Shown in pieces: positions 18,126 to 28,578 of a DNA stretch of 64,000 nucleotides. Positions within the stretch are counted from its first letter, which is position 1. Each line of letters begins with the position of its first letter. The DNA comes from Thermoproteota archaeon (GTDB lineage Archaea > Thermoproteota > Methanomethylicia > Methanomethylicales > Methanomethylicaceae): positions 564,940-628,939 of the forward strand of contig JAJHRG010000001.1 of assembly GCA_020832905.1 (NCBI GenBank), in the 5' to 3' direction. A program made the position numbers and the translations under genes. The notes under the pieces were generated by a model. It had not been told where the DNA came from, made no database searches, and worked only from the letters and a program-made list of their open reading frames with translations.

Positions 18126-19985
18126 TTAAAGCTTTTCTAATTCCTTAGCAACATCTTCTAATCCTATTTTTATTAATTTTTCTTTTGTTGGAATTCCTGT
18201 TCTTTTATCCCATCCTTTTAAAGTATAGAAATCATCTAGCATTTTATTTAATGTTTGTTCATCTGTATACATACCTTTAGATGGTCCTTCAGGTATAGGC
18301 TCTTCTAAAAATCTTCTTGGTAAAGTATCATCTTTTCTTCTTATTCCTGTTCTTACATTAAATGCTCTTTCTAGATCTAAAATTCTTTCTGCTACTTCTA
18401 CAAGTTCTTCAAATTTATAATTAAAACCTGTAACAATATTTATCATTTCTACATATTTTGGATTTAATGTAAATCCAAGTAGTCTTTCTAAGAAGTGACA
18501 TATAATCATAGAATCACCTATTGTAGTAAATTGCATTGTTCCTATTACCCATGCTGCTTTTCCTTCTACAGCTTTTCTATCTGAAGCTCCTGCATATTCA
18601 CCTGTTGGTCTTGGATCATGATGACTTCCACCTCTAGATGCAACTGCATATCCTAATGCCATTCCTCTTAATGCTCTAGCAGAATGACCAGGTATTTCTA
18701 AGCCTTTAACTTGTATAGCAAATCTTTCAGATCCTTTTCCTATAATTCTAGCTGCTCTTAATGATCCTTCAGCAATTAAATCTCCTATTCCTATTCTTTT
18801 TGCAGTTTTTTCAATTAGATCTATTACTGCATCATCATTACCAAATTTTAATTCAATACCTCCTGTAAAGTTCTTATCTATAAGTCCTTTTTCATAACAT
18901 TCCATTAGGAAAGAAATAGTAACACCACAGGATACTGTATCCATACCATATTCATCACATAAACTATCTGCTTTAATAATAGCTCCTCCATCACTTATAC
19001 CACACATAGAACCAAAAGAATAAAGTGTTTCATAATCTGGTCCTTCTGAAATTGCTCCTTTCCACTTACCTTCTTTTACACTAAATATCTTACTACAAGC
19101 AATTGGACATGCTGGACATGCCATATCCTTATCCCAATATTTCTTTTTTAATGTTTCACCACATATTCCTTCCCATCCTTCAAAATATTCAGTTTGATGA
19201 TTTCTTGTTCCCATAGCTCCAAATATATTATTTATAGAAGAAACTAGTGAAGGTGTTCCATAAGTTGGTAATATTGATGAAATTCCAGGAACTTTCTTTG
19301 ATTCTTCATTATACCATTTTAACCAGTTTTCTAATCCTTCAGGATCTGCTACTTCATTTGTACCTGAACCTCTTACAGCTATTGCTTTAAGTCTTTTAGA
19401 ACCCATTACTGCTCCTAATCCGCCTCTTCCAGCAGCTCTATATTCAGTAATAATACATGCATATCTTACAAGATTTTCTCCAGCAGGACCAATAGCAGAA
19501 ACACTTATTGTTGGATCACCTATTTCTTCTTTAATCATTTCTTGTGTTTCACTTGTTAGTCTACCCCATAATCTTTCTGCACTTCTAAATTCAATTTTAT
19601 CATCATCAATGAAAATGTAAATAGGCTTTTCAGCTCTACCAGTTATTAATATTCCATCATAACCAGCATATTTTATTTGAGCTCCCATATGACCTCCACT
19701 AATACTATCAAAGAAGCCATTTGTAAGAGGAGATTTAGAAGCTACATGATATTTTCCTGATGTTGGTATGTATATTCCTTGAAATGGACCTGTCATTATT
19801 GATATTACATTTGTAGGATCAAAAGCATCAATTCTTGGATCTATCATATCAAATAATAGTCTTGCTGAAAAACCATTTCCTCCTAAGTATTTTCTTGCAA
19901 ATTCATCAGTTATTTCTAAAATAGAAGTTTTCTTTGTTGTTAAATTTATCATTAATATTTTTCCTTTATAACCAAAATATTTCAT
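18126..19985 (-). CDS. aor: tungsten-type aldehyde:ferredoxin oxidoreductase family enzyme
   Basis: 619 aa. AOR N-domain (ILMINLTTKK...YLGGNGF), Cys cluster ACPACPIACSK, and pterin-binding blocks (GLEIPGHSARA, GGSHH). Confidence 0.9.
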   Translation of the reverse strand: MKYFGYKGKILMINLTTKKTSILEITDEFARKYLGGNGFSARLLFDMIDPRIDAFDPTNVISIMTGPFQGIYIPTSGKYHVASKSPLTNGFFDSISGGHMGAQIKYAGYDGILITGRAEKPIYIFIDDDKIEFRSAERLWGRLTSETQEMIKEEIGDPTISVSAIGPAGENLVRYACIITEYRAAGRGGLGAVMGSKRLKAIAVRGSGTNEVADPEGLENWLKWYNEESKKVPGISSILPTYGTPSLVSSINNIFGAMGTRNHQTEYFEGWEGICGETLKKKYWDKDMACPACPIACSKIFSVKEGKWKGAISEGPDYETLYSFGSMCGISDGGAIIKADSLCDEYGMDTVSCGVTISFLMECYEKGLIDKNFTGGIELKFGNDDAVIDLIEKTAKRIGIGDLIAEGSLRAARIIGKGSERFAIQVKGLEIPGHSARALRGMALGYAVASRGGSHHDPRPTGEYAGASDRKAVEGKAAWVIGTMQFTTIGDSMIICHFLERLLGFTLNPKYVEMINIVTGFNYKFEELVEVAERILDLERAFNVRTGIRRKDDTLPRRFLEEPIPEGPSKGMYTDEQTLNKMLDDFYTLKGWDKRTGIPTKEKLIKIGLEDVAKELEKL

Positions 19986-19991
19986 ATTTTA

Positions 19992-20423
19992 TCACCCTGA
20001 TAACCAAACTAATGTTAGTGCATTTTTTGGACAAGATTTAATACATTGAAATTCTCCATTACATGTATCACAAATTATTGGTTTTTTTGTTTCAGGATGA
20101 AGCTTTATTCCATGAAATGGACATGCTTCAATACATTTACCACAAGAATTACAAAGCTTTTCATCTACAACTATATTTCCATTAATATAAGATAATGCTT
20201 TTGTTGGACATGCTTTTATACAAAACTTCTTTTCACATCTTGTACATATGAAGTACTTAAGAGTTTTTATTCCTCTACGAACAATAGTAATTCTTGATAT
20301 AGAGGCACCATACTTACCATAATGGTATTTTGCACATACAAATTCACAAATTTTACAAAAACAGCATTTTTGAGGATCAAATCTTATAAATGGTTTTTTC
20401 TGTTGTGCAATTACTATGCTCAT
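19992..20423 (-). CDS. polyferredoxin (four Cys-cluster motifs)
   Basis: 143 aa with four CxxCxxC(x)nCP-like motifs. It lies immediately upstream of, and is co-oriented with, the AOR gene. Confidence 0.8.
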   Translation of the reverse strand: MSIVIAQQKKPFIRFDPQKCCFCKICEFVCAKYHYGKYGASISRITIVRRGIKTLKYFICTRCEKKFCIKACPTKALSYINGNIVVDEKLCNSCGKCIEACPFHGIKLHPETKKPIICDTCNGEFQCIKSCPKNALTLVWLSG

Positions 20424-20532
20424 TGCTTACACCTTATTTATAAAAAGTAAGAGGTGGTTTTATTTAATTTTTTTGAAAAAAGAAAATATTTATATAATAA
20501 TTCATACTGTCATTAAGTATTGTGGTGATATA

Positions 20533-21768
20533 ATGAGTGAGCCATGGAAGAGCAATATGTGGTTTGTAAGTCCATTTAATTATGATGAAGATCTTAGAAA
20601 AAAATTTTCTTTACCAAAAAGAGTAATATTTCATGATACAACCTTAAGAGATGGAGAACAACAAGCTGGTATTATATTTAGTAAATATGATAAAATAACA
20701 ATAGCAAAAGCTTTGAATAGAATTGGAGTTGATAGAATAGAAGTTGGTATACCTGGAATATCTAATGATGATAGAGAGGTAATTAGAGCATTAGTAGCAG
20801 CATCTTTAGAAGCTAAAATATATTCATGGTGTAGAAATATTAAGTTAGATATATCTATAGCAAAAGAATGTGAAAGCCAAGGTGTTATAATAGAAGTTCC
20901 TGCAAGTAAGCCAATGATAGAAAAAGTATATTCTACAAGTATAGAAGAATTAGAAAGAATATTACCAGAGAATTTACAGTATGCTAAATCAGAAGGAATG
21001 GAAACTTCAGTACTTCTTGTAGATGCTACAAGATCTGATATTGAAACAATTAAGAAAATAATTAGTATTGCTGAGAAGTATTGTGATGGAATTGCTATAT
21101 CTGATACTTTTGGATCAATTACTCCATTTGCTATGTTTTATCTTATAAGTAAAATAAGAGAATTTACAAAGAAACCAATAGAAGTTCATTGTCATAATGA
21201 TTTTGGACTTGCTACTGCTAATACAATTGCAGCAGTAGCAGCTGGAGCTTGTTGTGTTCATACTACTGTTATTGGAATTGGAGAGAGAGCTGGTAATGCA
21301 CCACTTGGAGAAGTTGCATTAGCTTTAAAATTATTAATGGGAGTAGAATCAAATATTAAATTAAAAGAATTATATAGAATATCTGATATAGTAGCTAAAT
21401 ATTCTGGTATATCAATTCCTTCAAATAAGCCAATAGTAGGAGAAAATATATTTAGAATAGAATCTGAACAAGCAGCAATGTGGTTAATTAAAGGAGAACC
21501 TCTATTAGCTTATCCATTTACAAAAGAATTAGTTGGTAATCCTAAATTTGAAATAACATTAAGTAAAAAAAGTGGTATAAACACATTAAAATTAAAGCTT
21601 AATGAACTTAAAATTAATGTTCCAGAAGAAAAATATACAGAAATTCTCAATAGAATATATCAGCATTCATTAGAAAAGAAAAATGCATTAACAGATGAAG
21701 AAATTTTAGAAATTTTAGAAAGTCTTGGAGTTTATAAATATAAAATAGAAGATTATATGAGAGCTTAA
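20533..21768 (+). CDS. HMGL-family synthase (homocitrate / isopropylmalate / citramalate synthase-like, short form)
   Basis: HDTTLRDGEQ and HCHNDFGLATANT motifs. The ATG at 20533 follows GGTGA. The track's 20416 extension overlaps the divergent ferredoxin gene and looks spurious. There is no LeuA-type regulatory domain. Confidence 0.78.
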   Translation: MSEPWKSNMWFVSPFNYDEDLRKKFSLPKRVIFHDTTLRDGEQQAGIIFSKYDKITIAKALNRIGVDRIEVGIPGISNDDREVIRALVAASLEAKIYSWCRNIKLDISIAKECESQGVIIEVPASKPMIEKVYSTSIEELERILPENLQYAKSEGMETSVLLVDATRSDIETIKKIISIAEKYCDGIAISDTFGSITPFAMFYLISKIREFTKKPIEVHCHNDFGLATANTIAAVAAGACCVHTTVIGIGERAGNAPLGEVALALKLLMGVESNIKLKELYRISDIVAKYSGISIPSNKPIVGENIFRIESEQAAMWLIKGEPLLAYPFTKELVGNPKFEITLSKKSGINTLKLKLNELKINVPEEKYTEILNRIYQHSLEKKNALTDEEILEILESLGVYKYKIEDYMRA

Positions 21769-21783
21769 ATCTTTTTTATTTTT

Positions 21784-22527
21784 ATGAGAATATTTAAAAA
21801 TATTTATATTCCACTACCATATCCTGCTTTATTTATTAAAAATCATAATATGTTGGTAATATCTGATATTCATATAGGTTATGAAACATACTTAAGAGAT
21901 AAGGGAATATATATTCCTCATAGAACTTTTTCTCAATTAAAATCTACTATTGATAATATTATAAATAAAATAAATCCAAAATCCTTAGTAATTTTAGGTG
22001 ATGTAAAACATGAATTTGGAAAACCAAATCCACAAGAATGGATTGAAGTAAAGGAGTTACTTTCATATTTATTAAGTAAGGGAATAGAAGTAAGTGTTGT
22101 AAGAGGAAATCATGATAATTATATAATTTCCATATTGAATAAGCTTGGTATTAAACTTTATGATCCTTTTATGATTATTGATAATATTATTATGTTTCAT
22201 GGACATAAGGAAATAGAAATTCCTAAGGAAATAAGAATAATAATAATGGGACATGAACATCCTGCAATAGCATCTAAGGATTTATCTGGCTCAAGATATA
22301 AGTTTAAATGTTTTCTAATTGGTAATATAAGTAAAAATAAAAAAATAATTGTTTTACCAGCATTTTCTCCATTATTTTCTGGTATGGGAATTAATGAAAT
22401 TCCAAAAGAAGAACTTTTATCACCTTTACTTAAATCTATTGATATAGATAAATTAACTCCATTAGTTATTGAAGAAGGTATAGGAGTTTTTAGATTTCCT
22501 CAAATTGGAATTATGAGATCATTTTAA
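21784..22527 (+). CDS. calcineurin-like metallophosphoesterase
   Basis: Motifs ISDIHIG, GDVKHEF, GNHD and GHEHP. Confidence 0.8.
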   Translation: MRIFKNIYIPLPYPALFIKNHNMLVISDIHIGYETYLRDKGIYIPHRTFSQLKSTIDNIINKINPKSLVILGDVKHEFGKPNPQEWIEVKELLSYLLSKGIEVSVVRGNHDNYIISILNKLGIKLYDPFMIIDNIIMFHGHKEIEIPKEIRIIIMGHEHPAIASKDLSGSRYKFKCFLIGNISKNKKIIVLPAFSPLFSGMGINEIPKEELLSPLLKSIDIDKLTPLVIEEGIGVFRFPQIGIMRSF

Positions 22528-22613
22528 AACTAATAAAAAAGTATTTATTAATGAATACAAAATTTAAAGAATAATGTGTGTTTATTTAGAATTAGTAGTA
22601 TTGAGGGCTCATT

Positions 22614-24299
22614 ATGAGAATCTTAGGTGCTAAAGCAATTGTAGAAGCCTTAAAAAGAGAAAAAGTTGAAGTAATCTTTGGAATCCCTGGTGGTGCAACT
22701 ATTCCTTTTTATGATGCTCTTTATGATAGTGATATAAGACATATATTAGCAAGACATGAACAATGTGCTGCTCATATGGCAGATGGATATGCAAGAGTAA
22801 AAGGAGTACCAGGAGTTTGTACTGCTACTAGTGGACCTGGTGCTACAAATCTTGTTACAGGAATAGCTACAGCATATATGGATAGTTCACCTGTTATTGC
22901 TATTACTGGACAAGTTCCAAGATCTATGATAGGAAAAGATGCATTTCAAGAAGCAGATATTGTTGGAATAGTAACTCCAATTACAAAATATGCTTTTCAA
23001 ATTACTTCAGCATCACAAATACCAGATGCAATAAGAACTGCATTTATAATTGCAAATACTAATAGAAAAGGACCTGTTCTAATAGACATACCAAAAGATG
23101 TACAACTTGAAGAAGTAGATTTTGATTATTCTGAAAGAATTATAATAAAAGGATATGTAGTAAGAAGTGGAGAACCACATCCATATTCTATAAAAAGAGC
23201 ACTTGGACTAATAATGAATGCTGAAAGACCTTTAATTATTGCAGGAGGAGGAGTTATTGCATCCAATGCAAGTGAAGAATTAATAAAATTTTCTGAATTA
23301 ATATTAGCACCTGTAGTTACAACATTAATGGGAAAAGGAGCAATTCCTGAAAATCATCCTCTTTGTTTAGGAATGATAGGAATGCATGGAAGAGTAGAAG
23401 CTAATAAGGCTGTAGAAGAAGCTGATGTTATAATAGCTATTGGAACAAGATTTGGTGATAGAACTACAGGAAAACTTGAAGAATTTGCAAAAAATGCAAG
23501 AATTATTCATATTGATATAGATCCTGCAGAAATAGGAAAAAATGTAAAAGTTGATGTACCTATTGTAGCAGATGCAAAAAAAGCTTTATCAGTATTATAC
23601 TCTAAGCTAATTGAAGTTGGATATTCTAAAAAAGAAAGTGAATGGATAAAAAGAGTAAATTATTTGAAGGAATATTATGCTCCAAATTATGAAGAAAAAG
23701 GAGAAGGATTAAAACCATCTAAATTAATGAAAATTTTAAGAAATATAATACCAGGAAAATCTATTATTACTACAGGTGTTGGACAAAATCAAATGTGGGC
23801 TGCATTACATTTTAAAGTTTTAGAACCTAGAACCTTCATAACATCAGGAGGATTAGGAGCAATGGGTTTTGGATTACCAGCAGCAATAGGTGCAAAAGTA
23901 GCAGCACCTGATAGACCTGTATTTGATATTGATGGAGATGGAAGTTTCTTAATGACAGAACAAGATTTAGCTACTGCAGTATCAGAAGCTATACCAATTA
24001 CTGTAATAATTTTAAGAAATAAAGCTTTGGGAATGGTAAGACAGTGGCAATGTCTATTTTGTAATAAGAGATATGCTTATACTGATCTTGGTAATACTCC
24101 AGATTTTGTAAAACTTGCAGAAGCTTATGGAGCTGAAGGAATAAGAGTAGAAAGTTATGAAGAATTTGAAACTGTAATAAGAAGAAGTCTAAATGCAGAA
24201 ATGCCTGTAGTAATTGATATACCAATATCTCCTGATGAAAAAGTATTACCAATGATTCCACCTGGAGGTAGCTATAAGGAGGTAATTTGGTATGGTTAA
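22614..24299 (+). CDS. ilvB: acetolactate synthase large subunit
   Basis: 561-aa TPP enzyme. Blocks GIPGGA, GPGATNLVTG and the TPP motif GDGSFLMT...N. Confidence 0.92.
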   Translation: MRILGAKAIVEALKREKVEVIFGIPGGATIPFYDALYDSDIRHILARHEQCAAHMADGYARVKGVPGVCTATSGPGATNLVTGIATAYMDSSPVIAITGQVPRSMIGKDAFQEADIVGIVTPITKYAFQITSASQIPDAIRTAFIIANTNRKGPVLIDIPKDVQLEEVDFDYSERIIIKGYVVRSGEPHPYSIKRALGLIMNAERPLIIAGGGVIASNASEELIKFSELILAPVVTTLMGKGAIPENHPLCLGMIGMHGRVEANKAVEEADVIIAIGTRFGDRTTGKLEEFAKNARIIHIDIDPAEIGKNVKVDVPIVADAKKALSVLYSKLIEVGYSKKESEWIKRVNYLKEYYAPNYEEKGEGLKPSKLMKILRNIIPGKSIITTGVGQNQMWAALHFKVLEPRTFITSGGLGAMGFGLPAAIGAKVAAPDRPVFDIDGDGSFLMTEQDLATAVSEAIPITVIILRNKALGMVRQWQCLFCNKRYAYTDLGNTPDFVKLAEAYGAEGIRVESYEEFETVIRRSLNAEMPVVIDIPISPDEKVLPMIPPGGSYKEVIWYG

Positions 24300-24789
24300 T
24301 GATTTTCATATAATATCTGCACTTGTTGAAGATAAACCAGGAGTTTTATTCAGAGTAACATCATTAATAAGAAGAAGAAACTTCAATATAAATACTATAA
24401 CTGTAGGTGCAACTGAAAAAGAAGGAATTTCAAGAATTACATTAACAATGAGAGGAGATGAAAAAACTGTTGAGCAACTTATAAAACAATTAAGTAAAAT
24501 TCCTGATGTTATAAAAATAAGTGAAGTTAAGCCAGAGGAATCTGTATATAGAGAATTAGCTATTATTAGAGTTTCAGCAGAAGATCCTTTAAAGAGATCA
24601 GATATAATAAATTATGTTAATGTTTTTAGAGGAAGAATAGTAGATGTATCAAAGGATTCTCTTACTATAGAAATAATAGGAAGACCAACAAAAATTAATG
24701 CTTTTATAGAAATAATAAAAGGATTTGGAATAATAGAAATGGCAAGAACAGGTATTGTAGCATTACCAAGAAAATTAAAGACAGAATAA
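24292..24789 (+). CDS. ilvN: acetolactate synthase small (regulatory, ACT) subunit
   Basis: [31 protein letters not shown] domain. Its start overlaps the ilvB stop. Confidence 0.9.
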   Translation: MVNDFHIISALVEDKPGVLFRVTSLIRRRNFNINTITVGATEKEGISRITLTMRGDEKTVEQLIKQLSKIPDVIKISEVKPEESVYRELAIIRVSAEDPLKRSDIINYVNVFRGRIVDVSKDSLTIEIIGRPTKINAFIEIIKGFGIIEMARTGIVALPRKLKTE

Positions 24790-24820
24790 TTTTTTAAGTA
24801 AGTATGATTTTTATAAAATT

Positions 24821-25804
24821 ATGGTAGAAATATACAGAGATGGAGATTTATCTGTTTTAAAGAATAAAACCATAGGCATTTTAGGCTATGGAAGCCAAGG
24901 AAGACATCAAGCACTTAATATGAGAGATAGTGGACTAAATGTAATAATAGGATTAAGAAAAGGAAGTAAGTCATGGCAAAAAGCAAAAGAAGATGGTTTT
25001 GAAGTATATGAAGTAGCAGAAGTCTCAAAAATATCTGATTTTATAATATTTCTAATACCAGATGTAGAACAACCAGCTGTATATAATAAAGAAGTTGCAC
25101 CATATATGAAAGATGGAAAAATTCTTGGTTTCTCTCATGGATTTAATATACATTTTGGATTAATAAAACCACCAAAAACTGTAGATGTAATTATGGTTGC
25201 TCCAAAAAGTCCAGGAGTTAGAGTACGTGAAGAATTTCTTAAAGGCTCAGGAGTTCCAGCTTTAGTAGCAGTTTATCAAGATGCAACTGGAAAAGCTTGG
25301 GATGAAGTACTTGCATGGGCAAAAGCAATAGGTTCTACAAGAATTGGAGTAATAAAAACAACATTTAAAGAAGAAACAGAAACAGATTTATTTGGAGAAC
25401 AATGTGTACTAGTTGGAGGTTTAATGGAACTTATAAAGAAAGCATTTGAAGTTCTTATTGAAAATGGATATCAACCAGAAATAGCATATTTTGAAGTATT
25501 GAATGAAGCTAAACTCATTATGGATTTAATATATCAAGGAGGATTAGAGAATATGCTAAAAGGTGTAAGTGATACTGCAAAATATGGAGGATTAGTTTAT
25601 GGTCCAAAAGTAATAGATGATCATGTAAAATCAAATATGTATAAAATACTTGAAAATATAACAAGTGGAAGATTTACAAAAGAGTGGATGGGAAATCCTG
25701 AAGAAAGCTATAAGAAATTAAATGAATTAATGAATAAAATTAAAGAACATCCAATAGAAAAAACAGGAAAAGAATTAAGAAAATTAATAGGAATTGAAAA
25801 ATAA
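24821..25804 (+). CDS. ilvC: ketol-acid reductoisomerase
   Basis: [17 protein letters not shown], class I length (327 aa), and the [11 protein letters not shown] block. Confidence 0.93.
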   Translation: MVEIYRDGDLSVLKNKTIGILGYGSQGRHQALNMRDSGLNVIIGLRKGSKSWQKAKEDGFEVYEVAEVSKISDFIIFLIPDVEQPAVYNKEVAPYMKDGKILGFSHGFNIHFGLIKPPKTVDVIMVAPKSPGVRVREEFLKGSGVPALVAVYQDATGKAWDEVLAWAKAIGSTRIGVIKTTFKEETETDLFGEQCVLVGGLMELIKKAFEVLIENGYQPEIAYFEVLNEAKLIMDLIYQGGLENMLKGVSDTAKYGGLVYGPKVIDDHVKSNMYKILENITSGRFTKEWMGNPEESYKKLNELMNKIKEHPIEKTGKELRKLIGIEK

Positions 25805-25827
25805 GAAAAAAGAGGGAGAGCAAATGG

Positions 25828-27417
25828 GTGGTTATCAAATCCAAAGTAGTTGAAATATATGATACTACATTACGTGATGGTGCTCAATCAAAAGATGTAA
25901 TTTTTTCACTTCAAGATAAATTAAGAATTACATCAAAACTTGATGAATTTGGAGTACATTACATAGAAGGAGGATGGCCTGGTTCAAATCCAAAGGATGA
26001 AGAATATTTTAAAAAAGTAAAAGAGCTTTCATTAGAAAATTCTGAAATTGTTGCTTTTGGAAGTACTAGAAGACCTAATCTAAAAGTTCATGAGGATTCA
26101 AATATTAATGCATTAATAAAAAGTGATGTAAGAACTGTTACAATATTTGGAAAGAGTTGGGATTTACATGTAAAAAGTGTATTAAATACAACATTAGAAG
26201 AAAATCTTAATATGATTTTTGAATCTATTTCTTATCTTAAAGAACATGGATTAAGAGTATTTTTTGATGCTGAACATTTTTATGATGGCTTTAAGAATAA
26301 TAGGAATTATGCTATAGATGTTTTAAAAACAGCAGTTGAAGCTAAAGCTGATGTAATAATATTATGTGATACAAATGGAGGTACATTACCTCATGAATTT
26401 TTTGAAATAACAAAGGAAGTAAAATCTCTTATAAATATACCAATAGGTGTACATTGTCATAATGATTCTGGTGTAGCAGTAGCAAATTCCTTACTTGGTG
26501 TAATTGCTGGAGCAATACAAATACAAGGAACAATAAATGGAATTGGTGAAAGATGTGGTAATGCTGATATATGTCAAATAATACCTGCTTTAGAATTAAA
26601 AATGGGTATTCGTGCATTAAAAACACCAAAAGAAAAATTAAGATATTTAAAGCAACTTTCTCTATATCTATATGAAGTTCTTCATATGAAACCTAATCCA
26701 TATCAACCTTATGTTGGTGAAAATGCTTTTGCACATAAAGGAGGAGTACATGTAGATGCTGTATTAAAGAATAGAATTGCTTATGAACATATTCCACCTG
26801 AAGAAGTAGGAAATATAAGATTATTTTCTGTATCTGAATTATCAGGAAGAGCAAATATTATTGCAAAAGCAAAAGAATTTGGATTTGATATTAAAAAAGA
26901 TGATCCTGTTGTTACTCGTATTTTAAATAAAATAAAAGAATTAGAATATAAAGGCTATCATTTAGAAGGAGCTAATGGAACTTTATACTTAATAATAGCA
27001 AAAGAACTTGGACTATATAAAAAATTATTTCATGTAATAAAATGGCGTACAATAAGTGAATCATATAATGGTAATACATTTGCAGAAAGTTCTATTAAAA
27101 TAAAAGTTGGTGATAAGGAAATATTTGTTATAGCAGAAGGAAATGGACCAGTAAATGCACAAGATAGAGCTATAAGAAAGGCAATGATAGAATTCTTTCC
27201 TGAAATTGAAAAAGTTCAATTAATAAATTACAAAGTATCAATTGCAGATACTGCTCAAGGTACAGCTTCATCTGTTAGAACATTTATAGAATTTACAGAT
27301 GGAAAAACTAATTGGATTACTGTAGGTGTTTCTACAAATATATTAGAAGCAAGTAAAGATGCTCTTATTGATGGATATGATTACTATTTGCAAAGATTAA
27401 GAAGTAATAGTAAATAG
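25828..27417 (+). CDS. cimA: citramalate synthase / 2-isopropylmalate synthase family (long form with C-terminal LeuA-dimer-type domain)
   Basis: GTG start. YDTTLRDGAQ, HCHNDSGVAVANS, 529 aa, with a C-terminal regulatory domain resembling the citramalate-synthase clade. Confidence 0.72.
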   Translation: MVIKSKVVEIYDTTLRDGAQSKDVIFSLQDKLRITSKLDEFGVHYIEGGWPGSNPKDEEYFKKVKELSLENSEIVAFGSTRRPNLKVHEDSNINALIKSDVRTVTIFGKSWDLHVKSVLNTTLEENLNMIFESISYLKEHGLRVFFDAEHFYDGFKNNRNYAIDVLKTAVEAKADVIILCDTNGGTLPHEFFEITKEVKSLINIPIGVHCHNDSGVAVANSLLGVIAGAIQIQGTINGIGERCGNADICQIIPALELKMGIRALKTPKEKLRYLKQLSLYLYEVLHMKPNPYQPYVGENAFAHKGGVHVDAVLKNRIAYEHIPPEEVGNIRLFSVSELSGRANIIAKAKEFGFDIKKDDPVVTRILNKIKELEYKGYHLEGANGTLYLIIAKELGLYKKLFHVIKWRTISESYNGNTFAESSIKIKVGDKEIFVIAEGNGPVNAQDRAIRKAMIEFFPEIEKVQLINYKVSIADTAQGTASSVRTFIEFTDGKTNWITVGVSTNILEASKDALIDGYDYYLQRLRSNSK

Positions 27418-27463
27418 TAACTTTTATAGTTTTTATTTAATCAAATTATTTTGTGAATTAAAG

Positions 27464-27709
27464 ATGAGTGATTTAAAACAATACATAGAAGAGACAATAT
27501 ATAAAATACTAATAGAAAATCTTAAGAAAGGAAATTTTTCTGCAAATCTTAAAATAGAAATAGATATGCCAATAGAAATAAAAGGAGTAAAAGGAAGAAT
27601 AGTAGGTGAAATTACAATTGGAGATACTTTAAAAGAAGTAAAAATAAATAAAACTGAAGAGGTTAATTTAAATGAAATTGAAAATATATTAAAATCTCTT
27701 GGAGTATAA
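27464..27709 (+). CDS. hypothetical protein
   Basis: 81-aa ORF. No motif. Confidence 0.4.
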   Translation: MSDLKQYIEETIYKILIENLKKGNFSANLKIEIDMPIEIKGVKGRIVGEITIGDTLKEVKINKTEEVNLNEIENILKSLGV

Positions 27710-27768
27710 TAAGAGACAAATTTTTAAGATTTACTTCCCTTTATATTATTTGGAGAAAATAATTTGCA

Positions 27769-28578
27769 ATGAAAATCATTAACTTATTATTACTAAGTCT
27801 ATTATTTTCACTTATACTAGCTTATCCTATATTAGCTCAATCTAATAATATGTACATAAAACTTCAAAAATTTACAATTTATGATATTAATCGTGATTTT
27901 ATATACATAGAATATTTAGGAGAAGAAGATATTATAGTTTTAATTGTAAAATCAGATTCTAATTTAGATATAGTAAAACAAAGTATCGGTATTGGTTATG
28001 GTAGTATTACAATACATATTAAAAATACTTCATATAAATTAGGATCATGTATAATTGCTTTATTCTCTACAAAATCCTTTTTACTAAATATATCTATGAG
28101 AATGGGAGAAATACCACTACAAACTCAAACAATTTCTGTACCTGCTAATATTACATTACAAATGGAAATACCAATAGAATATGGTGGTTATCAACAGCCA
28201 ATATATACTATTACTAATGTTTCATATACTCCATATTTTCCAATATGGACTCTTTTAACATATGCTATAATATTACCAATGTTTATTATAACAGGATATT
28301 TAGATAAAAACTCATTGAAAATTATGAGAAAACGTTGGACACAATTAGATACATTTGCCATTATAATAAGATATGCTTTTTATGCTTTTTTAGTAATATT
28401 CATTATAGTAACTATTGAAATTGTAGTAGAATACATATTATCTAGACTTAATATTTATGCAATAAGTTTACATATAGGAGATTGGTTTATCTCATGTATT
28501 TTATTTTCTATATTTACTATAATATATGGAATAGGAAAATGGAGGGGAATATTTGAAAATGTTGATGGAGAAGAGTGA
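27769..28578 (+). CDS. signal-peptide plus C-terminal multi-TM membrane protein
   Basis: N-terminal signal-like MKIINLLLLSLLFSLILAYPILA, an extracytoplasmic ~130-aa domain, then 3-4 TM helices. Its 3' end overlaps the AAA-Lon gene by 26 nt. Confidence 0.6.
   Translation: MKIINLLLLSLLFSLILAYPILAQSNNMYIKLQKFTIYDINRDFIYIEYLGEEDIIVLIVKSDSNLDIVKQSIGIGYGSITIHIKNTSYKLGSCIIALFSTKSFLLNISMRMGEIPLQTQTISVPANITLQMEIPIEYGGYQQPIYTITNVSYTPYFPIWTLLTYAIILPMFIITGYLDKNSLKIMRKRWTQLDTFAIIIRYAFYAFLVIFIIVTIEIVVEYILSRLNIYAISLHIGDWFISCILFSIFTIIYGIGKWRGIFENVDGEE

Noticed and set aside
20416-20532. N-terminal extension of the HMGL-type synthase in the ORF track
   Set aside because: The extension overlaps the divergent ferredoxin start and the promoter region, and its sequence is low-complexity. 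The ATG at 20533 follows a GGTGA SD and precedes the conserved region.
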